Positions 43,163 to 54,125 of a DNA stretch of 64,000 nucleotides are shown here, one piece after another. The stretch covers positions 200,707 to 264,706 of the forward strand of contig RQSC01000007.1 of NCBI GenBank assembly GCA_013416795.1. The letters run 5' to 3'. Under the pieces are notes generated by a model. That model searched no databases. It saw only the letters and a program-made list of their open reading frames with translations, and was not told where the DNA came from. This DNA is from Prasinococcaceae sp. CCMP 1430. Taxonomy: Eukaryota > Plantae > Prasinodermophyta. A program made the translations under genes and the position numbers. The first letter of the stretch is position 1. Every line of letters starts with the position of its first letter.

Positions 43163-43795
43163 ATGTCGGGCGCGTCGGGGCGCGTGTCGACGCTCGCGGT
43201 GGTGAGCCGCGCGGGGCTGCCCGTGTACACCGCCGACTTTGCCGCGGCGCCCCGCGACGAAGCCGCGCACCTGCACGAGTTCGTGATGCATGCGGCGCTC
43301 GACGCTGTGCAGGAGCAGCTCTGGAGCACGCCCGCGTGCTATCTCAGAGTCGTCGACGGCTTCAGGGACCTGCTAGTGTCGGCGTACGTGACGAGTACGT
43401 AGGCGCTTCCGTTCTTGCGGCGCAACGCAGCCCAAAGCGCTCTGCGCCGCCCGCTGGGGCACCCGGGACTTTTCTCCCATGGATCCGCGGCGCTTCCACA
43501 CCTCACGCGCGGCGGAGTAGCGGGTCGATGGCCCCCTCTCTCCCCTAGCCATCTTTGCGCGCACGGCATTCTTACCCGCGCGATCCATCTCTGACCCGCT
43601 CCGCTCAAAGTGGGGCACTCGGTGCTGCTGCTGTTGCACGAGGGACGAAACGAGGAAGGCATTCGGCAATTCTTCGTCGAGGTGCACGAAGCGTACCTGC
43701 GCGTGATGCTCAACCCGCTGCGCAAAGACGACGACATGATCACAAACCCCGCGTTCGACGCCAGGGTGCGAGCTGCTGCCAAGAAACACCTCTGA
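43163..43795 (+). CDS. TRAPPC2: TRAPP complex subunit 2 (sedlin/Trs20); one intron about 43396-43610
   Basis: HLHEFVMHAALDAVQEQLW...YLRVVDGF...VSAYVT|...LLHE..NEEGIRQFFVEVHEAYLRVMLNP...ITNPAFDARVRAAAKKHL. Confidence 0.88.
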
Positions 43796-43980
43796 CTGAG
43801 GCAGCGGCTGCCCCCACCTCTCTAGGTAGCTAGCCAGAAATAGTAGTTACACCTGTCGCCACGATATCATACAGATGATCGGAGTAGTGTACATATTGGT
43901 CGCTCGTCATGTCGTGCGGTATGCCCGACCGGCTATGTGCAGGGTCCCAACGCACCCACCTGTTCGGCCACGCCTATCTA

Positions 43981-44820
43981 TCAGCCGAGCGCATCCCACG
44001 CGTCCTGCATGCGCTTCTCTCGCATCCTTGCCTCGACGATGTTGACGTGCGGTGCCTTCCTCTCACGGCGGCCACTCGCCGAGCCCGCCCTTGTCGACAT
44101 CGACGAGGCAGTGCGCCGCCCCTGGCTCGCCTGCCTTGGCGGCGTGTCTGGCTCGACCATCAGCCCGAGCGCACGCGTCGACACCGCGCCGCCCATCACG
44201 CCGAGCTCGGCCTCCAGCCGCATGCCGACCTCATCGTCCAGGCTGAGAGCATCGGCGGCGGCGGCACCGAGCGCCCCCTTGCCGCGCACCTTGCTTGCCG
44301 CCCCGCCCCAGTCCGCCTCGCGCTGCTGCGCGTCCGTTATGGAGTCGGCCAGCCCCTGGTCAACCATCGGGTCCAGCGAAGGCACCCATCCGTGCGGCGG
44401 CTCAAAATCGGAATCGTCGGCGAGCTCGCCGCTCAACCTGTCGACCACGCGTCGGCCGCGCGTGTCGTAGAGCACGCCTCCGACGCGGTACACTTCACGG
44501 GACGCAGCCTGGACGGGCAATGCTGACGCGGTGCTCAAGCCGTCCCTCACGCGCCGCGGCGCCCATCCCGCCGGCGGGCGCCACGCGACGGCTGGCGCAC
44601 CCTCCCACGCGCCCGCGACCTCCCTGCCGCGCACGTCGTACGCGCGCCCATCGACTACGAATGGCACCTGACCACCGACGCCCGCCGAGCTTTCCCTTGC
44701 GGGGCCCGGCGCCGAAGGCGCCGCGCGCTGCACCTTGAACTCCCTGCGCTCGCGCGGCGCCTCCGCGAGCACCTGCGCGGCGTTGAGCGTCCCGGTGCGC
44801 GTGTGCGCGCCCGTCGCCAT
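43981..44820 (-). CDS. Hypothetical protein with a duplicated VxG-x2-YD-x-RGR-x-V motif
   Basis: About 279 aa ORF from ATG 44820 (gcgATGG context) with coding-like codon usage and TGTAA (ttaca 43847) downstream. No family recognised. Confidence 0.5.
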   Translation of the reverse strand: MATGAHTRTGTLNAAQVLAEAPRERREFKVQRAAPSAPGPARESSAGVGGQVPFVVDGRAYDVRGREVAGAWEGAPAVAWRPPAGWAPRRVRDGLSTASALPVQAASREVYRVGGVLYDTRGRRVVDRLSGELADDSDFEPPHGWVPSLDPMVDQGLADSITDAQQREADWGGAASKVRGKGALGAAAADALSLDDEVGMRLEAELGVMGGAVSTRALGLMVEPDTPPRQASQGRRTASSMSTRAGSASGRRERKAPHVNIVEARMREKRMQDAWDALG

Positions 44821-44849
44821 CGCTGGCGCCAACGGAGATGTCCACCAGC

Positions 44850-45180
44850 ATGTTGGTGGGTGACGAACTTCTTCTCGTCGAAGCCCAGCCCGCAATAGAG
44901 CTTCTCGTCATAGAACAGCACCAGCCCGGCGGTGCCACCCGGCGCGATCTCGATCTCGCATTCGAACTCGTATCCGGTGTCGCCGGCGATCAGCAGCAGC
45001 GGCGACGAGTCCACCGGCGCCTTGCCCGTGGCCTTCAGGGTCAGCGTGCCAGCTTCGGCGTGCACTCTGTCCGATTCCGTCTGGGAGGGTTTGAAGAAAT
45101 TCCACTTCCGCCCCAGCGCCAGCGGCCCGGTGAAGTCGTCCGACAGCGCCTGGCCATGCGGCACCCGCGCGCCGCCCGCA
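44850..45180 (-). pseudogene. Fragment of a bacterial GH43 beta-xylosidase C-terminal beta-sandwich domain (HGT relic or assembly chimera)
   Basis: GGARVPHGQALSDDF...KWNFFKP...LTLKATGKAPVDSSPLLLIAGDTGYEFECEIEIAPGGTAGLVLFYDEKLYCGLGFDEKKFVTHQ closely follows proteobacterial family-43 glycosylhydrolases (PHG.ALSDDF; P.DSSPL..I.GD..YE; AGLLLFY..KLYCGLGFD). Similarity stops abruptly on both sides. Confidence 0.8.
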
Positions 45181-45275
45181 TGCGGCGCGTTCGAAAACAC
45201 ACCCGCGACGAGAGCCCCATCAGAACGCACTGCTGGGGTGGGGTGGGTGCCCTCCACGAGATGGCGCCCGTGGGT

Positions 45276-45317
45276 GTACCATCTCATGGTACTAGTACAG
45301 TACCATCATGATGGTAC
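45276..45317. repeat. Tandem palindromes GTACCAT-CTC-ATGGTAC and the perfect 18-mer GTACCATCATGATGGTAC; five GTAC cores
   Basis: Read directly from the sequence. A related copy (GTACAGTACAGGGTACCATCATGATG) lies at 42952-42977. Confidence 0.8.
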
Positions 45318-46090
45318 ATGTAGTGTAGCAGTTCAGTTCCGGTTCCACGCCACACGTCTCACGCGCCGCGTCGTCGCCAGCGGCGTTCCCCCGCGAAACT
45401 CGATGAAATTCCCGGGGGGTCGCGCTCGCACCCCCAGTCCAGCCAGCCAGCTGCGTCCCACCACAGCAGACGCGTGCCCAGCCAGCCAGGGGACCTCGGA
45501 TGCGTCGGTGGGTCTGTCGGTGAGCCAACAGATTCGAGAGTGCATGTACCGATGGTGATATCGGGTCATGGGGCCAGTTCGCGGCCTCGCCGGCCGCCTG
45601 CGGCTCGACGCGCACCGGCCGGATGCCGCAGACCATCAGAATGTCTGCCGCAAACGACGCCGATGGCGATGGCGCGCGCGTGCGGCGCGCGCGCCACGGG
45701 AGCGCAAGGCGATTCCGCGCGTTTTGTGGTGCGTTCGAATGCGTCGACCGAGGCGCTCGCAAATTAATTGCGGGCGTTTATTTGGCGGGGTCGCTGAGCG
45801 CCCCCCGCCCCCGTCGCGCCCGCGTTCGGGGCGCGAGTGCCGGTGCGCGGGCGGGGCTGCAGCACGCGCATGGCGCCTGCGAGGCCCTTGCGGCGAAGAG
45901 CGATGGCGGGGGGCGGCGCGCGGGGAGCGCCAGAGCGCGGGCGGGGCGCGCCGCCCTGTGCTGGCAGAGGGTGCGAGGGAGAGGAGCGCGGGAGAGGGCG
46001 GTCCGCTACCGCGGCAGGGGGCGGCGCGGCGCTGAAAGCACAGCAGGCGGCTGTCTGCTGGCTGGGGCCTCTGGCCACGGCCGCGGCACC

Positions 46091-47089
46091 ATGTCGGCGG
46101 CGATGGGCGCCGACGCCGGCGCCGCAGCCGCAGCCGCCGCGGCAGCGGCGGCGGCAAGCAGGATGTTTGGTGGTCAGCACGCCGGCTCCCCAACGCGGCT
46201 GAGGCCCCAGCAGCAGATGAGGCACGCGCTCCGCGACCAGTCGCACACGCAGGACCTGGAGCGCTCGTCGTGCTCTCCTTCGGAACGCTCAGAGGCGGAG
46301 CGCAGCGACCACGACCTGAGCCCCTGCATGCAGCCGCTGACCGTAGAGGTGAGGAGCGAGCGTGACCTCGTCCACGAAGAAAATCCGGCGAAGGTCACCG
46401 TCATCAGCGAGGAGTGGGCTGCGCGCGTGGTCGCCTGCGCGCCGGGCTGGATTCTGAAGTGGCTCAGGGAGGGTCCGCCTGATGGCCACCGCAAGCGGTG
46501 GAATCCAGCGGGCGGCGACCCACCGCGCGGGGGTGGGCCTCCCGCCGCGCACGTTGCTCTGCCGCCGGCGCAGCGCGGGCCGAGGGGCCCGCAACCGCGC
46601 GGGAGGGGCATGCCCCTGCCGATGAACCTCAGATTGCCGATGCCACCCGGTCCACCCAGACCGGCGGAGCACGGCGGACCGGCGCCTTCGGGGACTAGCG
46701 GCGAGAGAGGGGAGCCAAGATCATCGGAGGTGCTGCACAGCGAGCTCGAGCGCGCGCAGCAGCAGCTGCTCGAGATGCAGGCGCGCATGAAGTACCTTCA
46801 GAGTCAGATTCACACAGGCAGCAACGGAGGGAGGAGGCCCGACAGACACGATGATAGGCATCCACGAGCGCGAGAGCGAGAGCGAGAGCGAGAGCGAGAG
46901 CGGGAGAATGGGCGGGACGAGAGGCACGAGCACGAGTATGCCCGCGGCCATTTCACGCACGAGCACGAGCGCTCTTACAGCCGCGACTACAAAGCGCACA
47001 GCGCCAGGCCAGACAACGATGAGTCGGACTGGCGCCGGGAGCGCGAGCGCGAGCGCGAGCGGCGCCGGTACGAAAGCGAGGAGGACTGA
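46091..47089 (+). CDS. Hypothetical low-complexity protein (Pro-rich, short coiled coil, RE/RD-rich C-terminus)
   Basis: Open frame with accATG context, (GAGAGC)n RE repeats and TGTAA at 47184. No family recognised. Confidence 0.5.
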   Translation: MSAAMGADAGAAAAAAAAAAAASRMFGGQHAGSPTRLRPQQQMRHALRDQSHTQDLERSSCSPSERSEAERSDHDLSPCMQPLTVEVRSERDLVHEENPAKVTVISEEWAARVVACAPGWILKWLREGPPDGHRKRWNPAGGDPPRGGGPPAAHVALPPAQRGPRGPQPRGRGMPLPMNLRLPMPPGPPRPAEHGGPAPSGTSGERGEPRSSEVLHSELERAQQQLLEMQARMKYLQSQIHTGSNGGRRPDRHDDRHPRARERERERERERENGRDERHEHEYARGHFTHEHERSYSRDYKAHSARPDNDESDWRRERERERERRRYESEED

Positions 47090-47318
47090 AGGCAAGGCCG
47101 CGACTGCCTTTGCGCCGCGCCTTATGAGGGCACCTGGACAACATCGGAACAGAAAAGCTATCGCAGCAGCGGCTCTGTTTGCTTGTAATATCTCTGCGCC
47201 AAGCAGCACCTCAGCGTGTACTGTCACAAGCTGGTGTCGGCGACGGCGCCACAGCGAGCGGGCGAAGTTGGCGTTGAGGGAGCCGAGCAGGGGCACCGCT
47301 ACCTGGAGGGGCTCTACT

Positions 47319-49585
47319 TTACAAGACGGAAAATTGCAGCGACTGATCCTCGGGGCGCGCAGCCGCGGTGCGGCCTGCCGCCTTGGCCTTGACCCGAGCG
47401 CCCAAGCTCAGCAATGTCTTCGGCCCGCCAAAGTCTACCGCGGCGACGGCATTCTTTTCGACCCACTGACTGACGTCCTTCAGCACGTAGCCCGAGTCTG
47501 CCATGGTCTTGTCGTCCTCGAACCACACCACGTACAAGTAGAAGAGCGCGCCCGCGTAGCATGCGTTGAGCGCCGAGAGCACGGAACCGCGGCGGTTTGC
47601 TTCCTCGTTGAGTGCTCCGGAGCGCAGCGCGCGCAGCGCCCACTGCGTACAGTTGAGGCTCACCACTGCGAAAGGGAAGCCCTGCACTTCGTCCCTTGCC
47701 AGCTGCATGAGTGTCGCGAGATTCTCGCGCGCGTTGTGGCTCAGAAATACCATTTGCGCCAGCCCGAGCATACCGGCGCCACGGAGGTCCGTCGCTGGGT
47801 CGTCCCCTTGGAAGCCCACCTCGTCCCAGTGGCTGCCATAGCGCTGTGGGATGAAGTGGTGGCCAGCGTGTCAGCGCGACCATCGCACACTTGCGGTGCA
47901 CTTAATGCGCGCGTCGCAGCACGCCCTTTCATCTTCACCTATCCACACCAAACACACAAGCACACGTACACGCGCCATACCTTCACCTCTGAATCGACCT
48001 TGCCTGTCACCTGCCTGTATACCTCGGTGAGCATACCCACGTGCGATGGCTCGCTGTCGCTGAGCGGCGTCTTTGCGAGGGCGAAGCACGCGAGCCGCTC
48101 GAACTCGAGAGATCCGCTCAGCGTTGATGGGCCCACGCATGCCGCAAGGAACTTCTGCATGCAACCGGCACGCTCTTCCTGCACCACGCACTCGTTCGCC
48201 ACTGCGTGCACGTACGCTCCCTCGAGGATATACTTGCGTGCGTCCTCCCATGAAAGCCCCCCCCGAGCGCCTTTTTCTGCGCGTGTGTCTGTGCCGAAGC
48301 CTCCTTGCGTGTGCCCCTTCCCCACGATGTCGAGACCAACGTCCAAGTCGACTTCCACATCCAATGCCAAGCCAGCTGCTGCCGCTGTTGCGGCCGACGC
48401 GGACTCGTGTGCAGCCGCAGGCTCGCATGGCGCCTCGGCGATCTCTGCTGCACGTTGAGCATTGGCAGCGTCCCACTCATCGGCCTCGCTCCGTTCCGGA
48501 ACCACAGGCGTGGCAGTGGCAGGCGCGGGCGCGGGTGCATGCGCAGCAGGCGCAGCGCTGGCTGCAGAATCGCCTTCCGTGTTCGGCTCGGACGCTTGCT
48601 CCACCTGCGACAGCTCCTCGTCCGACTCCTGGTAGTCGTCCTCCTCGTCGCACTCCGCAAATGCGTCCATTCCCATGCCACCAGCTGTGCCAGTGAGCAG
48701 TGCCGCCTGCTTGGAGCTCAGAGCTTGAGGCACGTATTCGCGCTTGCCGCCGTCTTGCGCGAACGCGTATCCAAACTCGTCATCCTCATCAGCAGCTCCC
48801 TCCAGGCGGCTGGAGACCACCTTGAGGCCTACCGCGCTGCCGAATGGGTCAGCGAGCTTGGCAGGGCTGCTATCTGGCGCTTCGGGAGCGGCGGGCTCCT
48901 GGGAACTCTTTGCTGCATTGGTGCCCTTGCTCCCGATGAGTTCCGCGAGCGGGGGGAGCGACGACCCGCCCGTCGCGCGCTCGGGCTCCTTGGCAATGGG
49001 CGCCGCGCCCGCCACAAAAGCGTCCGCGTGCTGCGCTGGCGCAGCCACATCTGCCGCCAAACCGAACACTTCGAGCTCCCCATCCGAGTCTGAGTCGCTG
49101 CTCTCATCGCCGTCGGTAATGTCACCAGGCGCGGGACCCGCGAGGCTCCCGACGACCTCCACCTGTCGCTCCTGGCGCGAGGCAACGCTGTCGCCACCAA
49201 CGACGCTGCTGCTGCTGCCGCTGCTGCTTGCTGCGCCGGCTGCAGCGCCGGGTGAGGCTGCGCGCGCGGGCGGGGGGGCAGGCGCGCCGCGGCGTGCCAC
49301 AAGCGATGCACCGATGCCACGTGCTGCCGGCCGCAGGTGAGAGCGTCGCGGGGCCCTCGCTGCGGCGGCATTGCCCACACCCTTGAGCGGGGGCAGCGCC
49401 TTCGGGGGAACGCCGGCGGTCGGTGGCGCCGCACCGCGCGCCGACGGCAGCGGCGAGAGCAAGGGCGCGTCGATGGCAACGTCGATCGCGCTCGCCGTCG
49501 ACGGCCGCTCGGCCGTCGAAGGGCGCTCGCCTGCCGCTGCGCCGAGGTGCACGCCGACGTCGATGCCTATCGGGTCATCGTCCAT
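47319..49585 (-). CDS. ELMO-domain protein, ELMOD3-like (ARF/ARL GAP), with long acidic disordered N-terminus; one intron about 47975-47852
   Basis: RYGSHWDEVGFQGDDPATDLRGAGMLGL...FPFAVVSLNCT...ALRSGAL..EANRRGSV...N..YA...KTMADSGYVLK. Confidence 0.85.
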
Positions 49586-50606
49586 CGCGCGCTCGCGCTG
49601 GTGGCGGTCTCGGGTCTGGCGCGCGCTCGCGTGCGAGCACGCGCGCGCACGCGCATTCGAAATCATTATATGATCTGTTCCCCGCCGCGTGCATCAACAT
49701 CTAAAAATTGGTAGTCCGGAATGTTGAGAATTGAGAAACAATCCTGAAATTGGTATCATGTATGCATGCCACCTCTCCCGCGGGGCGTGCGAGCGAGGCC
49801 GGCCGGCGCCGAGCGCCAGCAAGTGGGGGCGCCGCGACTCCGGCGTCGAACGCGGTGTGCCTGGCTGCCGGCGCCAGGCGCGGCATCGAGCGCATGGACG
49901 CGTTGCCTGACCCCCCGCGCGGGCTGGCGCGCGGCTGGCGCCGCGCGGCCCGGCCCCGAGGCGCGCGAGAGAGCTGTGGAGCTGCGGATGACGTTGGTTC
50001 GTTGGGGCGCTGCTGCGGCGCCTTTAAAGGGTTTTGATACAGGGTCTGTATATCACGTTAAGTTCTGATATGCACGCGCGACGACACGGGTTTGGGTTCG
50101 CGCGGTCCGAGGGCGTTCCCCGGGCGGCGGCGGCGGCCCCAGGGGGTGGGCGCGATCTCCGCGCGCGCGCGCGCGCGCGCGCGCGCGAGGCTGGCGCGAT
50201 TCTTCGCGAAGGCGCGGTTCGGCCGCGCGCGCCCCGCGGTCTGACCCATATCTGTGCACCCGGTGGTGGGGCGGAGCGCGCGCATTTCGCCCGCGGCGTT
50301 CCGCAAAAGTTTGCCGTTCCCCGACCGGCCCGGGCGCGCGCGCGCGCGGGGCGCGCGCGCCGGGCGCGATCCCCGTCCAGCGCCAACGCCGACCGCGCAT
50401 TTCGCGGGGACGCACCGCGGCGACCGAGTGCGAACGGACCAACGTCCGCGGCCGGGGGAACTCCGCGATCGCGTGGCCGGGCGAGGGCGCGCGTCGCGGA
50501 TCAGGTGCGCAAGAGCCGCCGGCGCGCACCCTGCGCCCGCTCTCGGGCGCACGCCCCCCTTCCCCTGGCCCGGGCGGGGATGTGCCAAGGTGAAACGCGC
50601 GGAAGC

Positions 50607-50650
50607 GGGAGGGGGAGGGGGGGGGGGGGGGGGGGGGGGGGGGAGCGGGG
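50607..50650. repeat. Poly-G tract (27 consecutive G, 50617-50643) about 90 bp upstream of PSBQ
   Basis: Read directly from the sequence. Confidence 0.85.
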
Positions 50651-50729
50651 TCGGTGGGCACGGCCATGCGCACCTGTCGCTCTAGGCGCCACACTGTGCA
50701 CACGTCGCACTACAACCCTCTCAGTAGCC

Positions 50730-52039
50730 ATGGCGTTCGCTCTGTCGTCGTCCCGTGTGGTTGCCGCGAAGGCGGCCCCCAAGGCCAAGGCCGCGCGCCG
50801 CTCGGCGCCGGCCATGGCCGCGCCCAAGGCCGGCAAGCAGCTCGGCATGGCGGCCGCGGCGCTTGCGCTGGCGCTCAACGCCGCGCCCGCGCACGCCGAG
50901 CGCATGCTGCCCGCCATCAACACCGAGACCCTCGACAAGGGCGAGATGAAGCGCATGCTCACCATCTACGAGGCGCGCGACCTCGATCTGCCGCAGAACG
51001 GTGCGTGTGCGCGGCGGGGCGGGTGTACGAGACGGTTGAGGGCAAGAGGGGGCGCGTGCTTGTGTGTGTGTGTGTGAATGCGCGCTTTGCGCTGCTGGCA
51101 TTTGTCGGTGCGCTGGGGAAGAGAAGCAGAAAGTGCGCGCTGCGCGCTGCCTGCGCGTCGCCACCGTCCCGCCAATGCGCTCGCCACGCCATTTGCAAGC
51201 TCGCATTGGCTGCGTTGGGCTGCGCTCGCGAGCAGTTGGCGAGTGTGCGAGTGGTCGACTGGGTTATGTTTTTCGCCTCCCGTGGGCCTCCAATGGAGCA
51301 TGTGTGCGCCCACGCCAGATGCGGGATTCCCGCACCTACAAGTGGCATTGATGCAAGCGAGCGAATGCTTGGAGCCCAGCGCCTGAGGTCGCGCCTTTGC
51401 TCTTCGTGAGAGATACCTGTTGTGTTGATGGCGACGCTTTAGCCATCGACCATGAAGCCGCCCATGCCTACTGTGCTAACACGCTCCCTGTGCTGTGGTG
51501 TGCCGCTTGCCCTGCAGACCGCAAGTCGTTCGGCGACACCAAGACCGTGGAGGAGTCCGCGGAGCGCCTTGGCAGGGCTGTTGCGTACCTTGACAACGTC
51601 AAGGCCTCCATTGACAAGGGCGCCTTCCTCGACGCCCGCTCCGGGCTGCGCCGCGCGGTGGGCACCCTGCGCTACGACATCAACAAGGTGCGTAGCCGGC
51701 CCCTTTGATCGGAGCTGTCTCCTCTGAGCGCCCCCGACACGGTTCTAGCTACAGCTAGCTGCGCCGCGCATGCGTTGCGCTTGTTGCCTGTGGCACACCT
51801 AGCATCACTCACGCTGACCGTCGCACTGCCTGCTGTGCCCGGCGCTGCAGGTCGCGGCCACCAAGGGCAACAAGAAGGAGCTCAAGGCGGAGGCGCAGGC
51901 GCTGTACGCCGCCGTGGAGGACCTCGACCTGGAGCTGACCGCCAAGCCGCCCGCCCAGATCCCCACGGTCGAGAAGGCCACGGCCAAGTACGAGAAGGCC
52001 GTCGCCGACCTGGGCGCCATCGTGGACAAGCTCGCGTAA
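50730..52039 (+). CDS. PSBQ: Photosystem II oxygen-evolving enhancer protein 3 (PsbQ); introns 51001-51517 and 51688-51850
   Basis: Bipartite transit peptide ending AAPAHA, then YEARDLDL, LRRAVGTLRYDINK and four-helix-bundle segments ending YEKAVADLGAIVDKLA. Confidence 0.85.
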
Positions 52040-52373
52040 GCGCAGCACCTGCCGTCGCGACTCACAGTTAATGCGCAACAGTGAACGCGCACCAGCATCC
52101 CGCTGCGCCGCCCTGTGCCGAAATGAGCGACTGCGTCGTGCTGTGGCAATTGTGAGCTCCTTGACCAGCAGCGCGCTTGGCGACTCCTAGCACGATGCAT
52201 TCTGAGGGTGGAAGCGTCTGCTAAGCAGCAGCGCAGTTTGCCTCTCCTGCCCTCATTCCCCGCCGACTTTCACTTGCACGTTGAGGGGTTACCAATTCGT
52301 AAATGCCCCCGCCAAAATTGTCGACGGCTCGCGCGTGCAGAGCAGTCCCACGCAGCGGCACGCCGTCACTGCG

Positions 52374-53426
52374 CTATTGCTTTGGCACATCCTTAGGGCC
52401 GTCATTCAGCAGCTTGAGGAAAACCGAGCCTGCGCCGATCCGCACTTTTGTGTCGGCGATGTCGATGTCATGCCCGCCTTCGACCAACCCCCACTCTGCG
52501 ATCTGATATTCCTCATCGAAGCGCATGAGTGGGATGGCCTCCCTGACCGTAAGTCGCCCCTCACTGACGGCCAGTGCAAGCGTGACGCTACGCCCCGCAG
52601 CGCTCAAGCTGTTGAGCGCCGTGAGCTCCCAGTTGTTGTACGCGTCGAGCTTTTCCCTCAGCGCCCACAGCACCTCCTCGTCCTGCTGCACGCCGAAAAT
52701 CGAGTCCGTCACCTGAGGACGCGCGGGTGCACACGGGCAGGGTCAGCGCTCAGGGGCCGAGAGCGCCAGGAGCTGCGCCGAGGGGCCGCGTGCAGAGCCG
52801 TGGCGCGCGCATACCTGCAGGTTCCTCCCCTCGAGGACATCCTCGGAGAGCCACCGCGCGATCGGGTCGAACGCGGCCGCTTGCTTCGCCGGCAGGTCCT
52901 TGGAGTGCGCCTGCGGCGGCGCACGGCACACCACCGGATCGCCTGAGAAGTATTCAAGCAGCTTGCCGATGACCGCGTGCCGCTGGTCGGGCATGATGTC
53001 GATGGCCGTGGCAGCGAGCGTCATCATGGGCATGGTTAGCGGCTGCACGGTGCGCGTGTCCTGCCACTGCCACTCGGCAGCGACGGCGTATGCCAGGCTC
53101 TCTGTTGGCATGGTGAGCGGGTTACGCCCGGGCGTGCGCAGCGTCTTGCCGTCGAGCGTGATGCCGTAGCCCGAGCCGCACGGAGACTTGACCACCCCTA
53201 CGACGTCGTATGCGCGCGGCAGCGTGCCATCGCTGCGGCTGACGGTCGGCGACACGTCCCCCGCTGCCCCACGCCCACGCCCCACATCCGGGTTCGCACC
53301 TGCACCCACCCCCGCGCCCGCGCCCGCGTCTGTGGCGGCAATTGCGACTGCTGCTGCGCTGGCACGCGCGGCGGCGGCAGCGGCGGCGCGCTGGCCGCGC
53401 ACGTGCCGCGACCGCTGCGCGCACAT
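52374..53426 (-). CDS. ATP12: ATP12/ATPAF2 F1-ATPase assembly chaperone; intron about 52818-52715
   Basis: YGITLDGKTLRTPGRNPL, LAYAVAAEWQWQ, PLTMPMMTLAATAID, RFDEEYQIAEWGLVEGGHDID. Confidence 0.9.
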
Positions 53427-54125
53427 GCGCTGCAGACGCGCGCCGCGCGGGCCGCGGCGTCGAGGGCGTGCAGGAGCTCGTGGGCGCGCTCGTTGGCGCA
53501 GCAGGCAATCAGACGGCCACGCTGGCCGCGCTCGAGCGCCGCGTCGCCGCACTCGAGGCGCACGCGCAGGCCGCGAGCGAGGAGCAGCAAGCGGCGCACC
53601 TCTAGCTCTCGTAATACAACCACCATCTGGACGGTACCAGGTCGCGCCGCCACTCCCGGAGAGCAACGCAGCGCTCCTGCCTGCTGAGCCACCCACTCGC
53701 GGCGCAGACCCTGCCCCCTCGCACTGCTCCGCTCCCCCGCCCCCCGCCCCCCGGACGGCACCCGCCTGGGCGCTCTGAAGCAGCAGCAGCAGGCCCACAG
53801 CAGCGGCGGCCCTGCACCGCGCGCGCTCAGCGGCGGATTCCCGACCGGCCGCGCGCACCGCGATCACAACCTGTTCAGGAACCCATCATCACGAGCGGTG
53901 CAACACGATCGACCGTGGTTAGGGGTATGCAATACTGTATATAGGGTATATGTTGCTAGGGTTAACTGCAATGATCCTAACGAGGCGCGCGGGCGCGGCC
54001 GGCGCGCGAGTGCCCAGCTCTGGAACAGCGCGGGTGGACAGGGTGCCCCCGCGGCGCCAATCCGCCGAGCGCGGGTGTGGAGGCGTGGCACCGTGTGGCT
54101 GTCGCGACAATATTATTTCAAAGGT

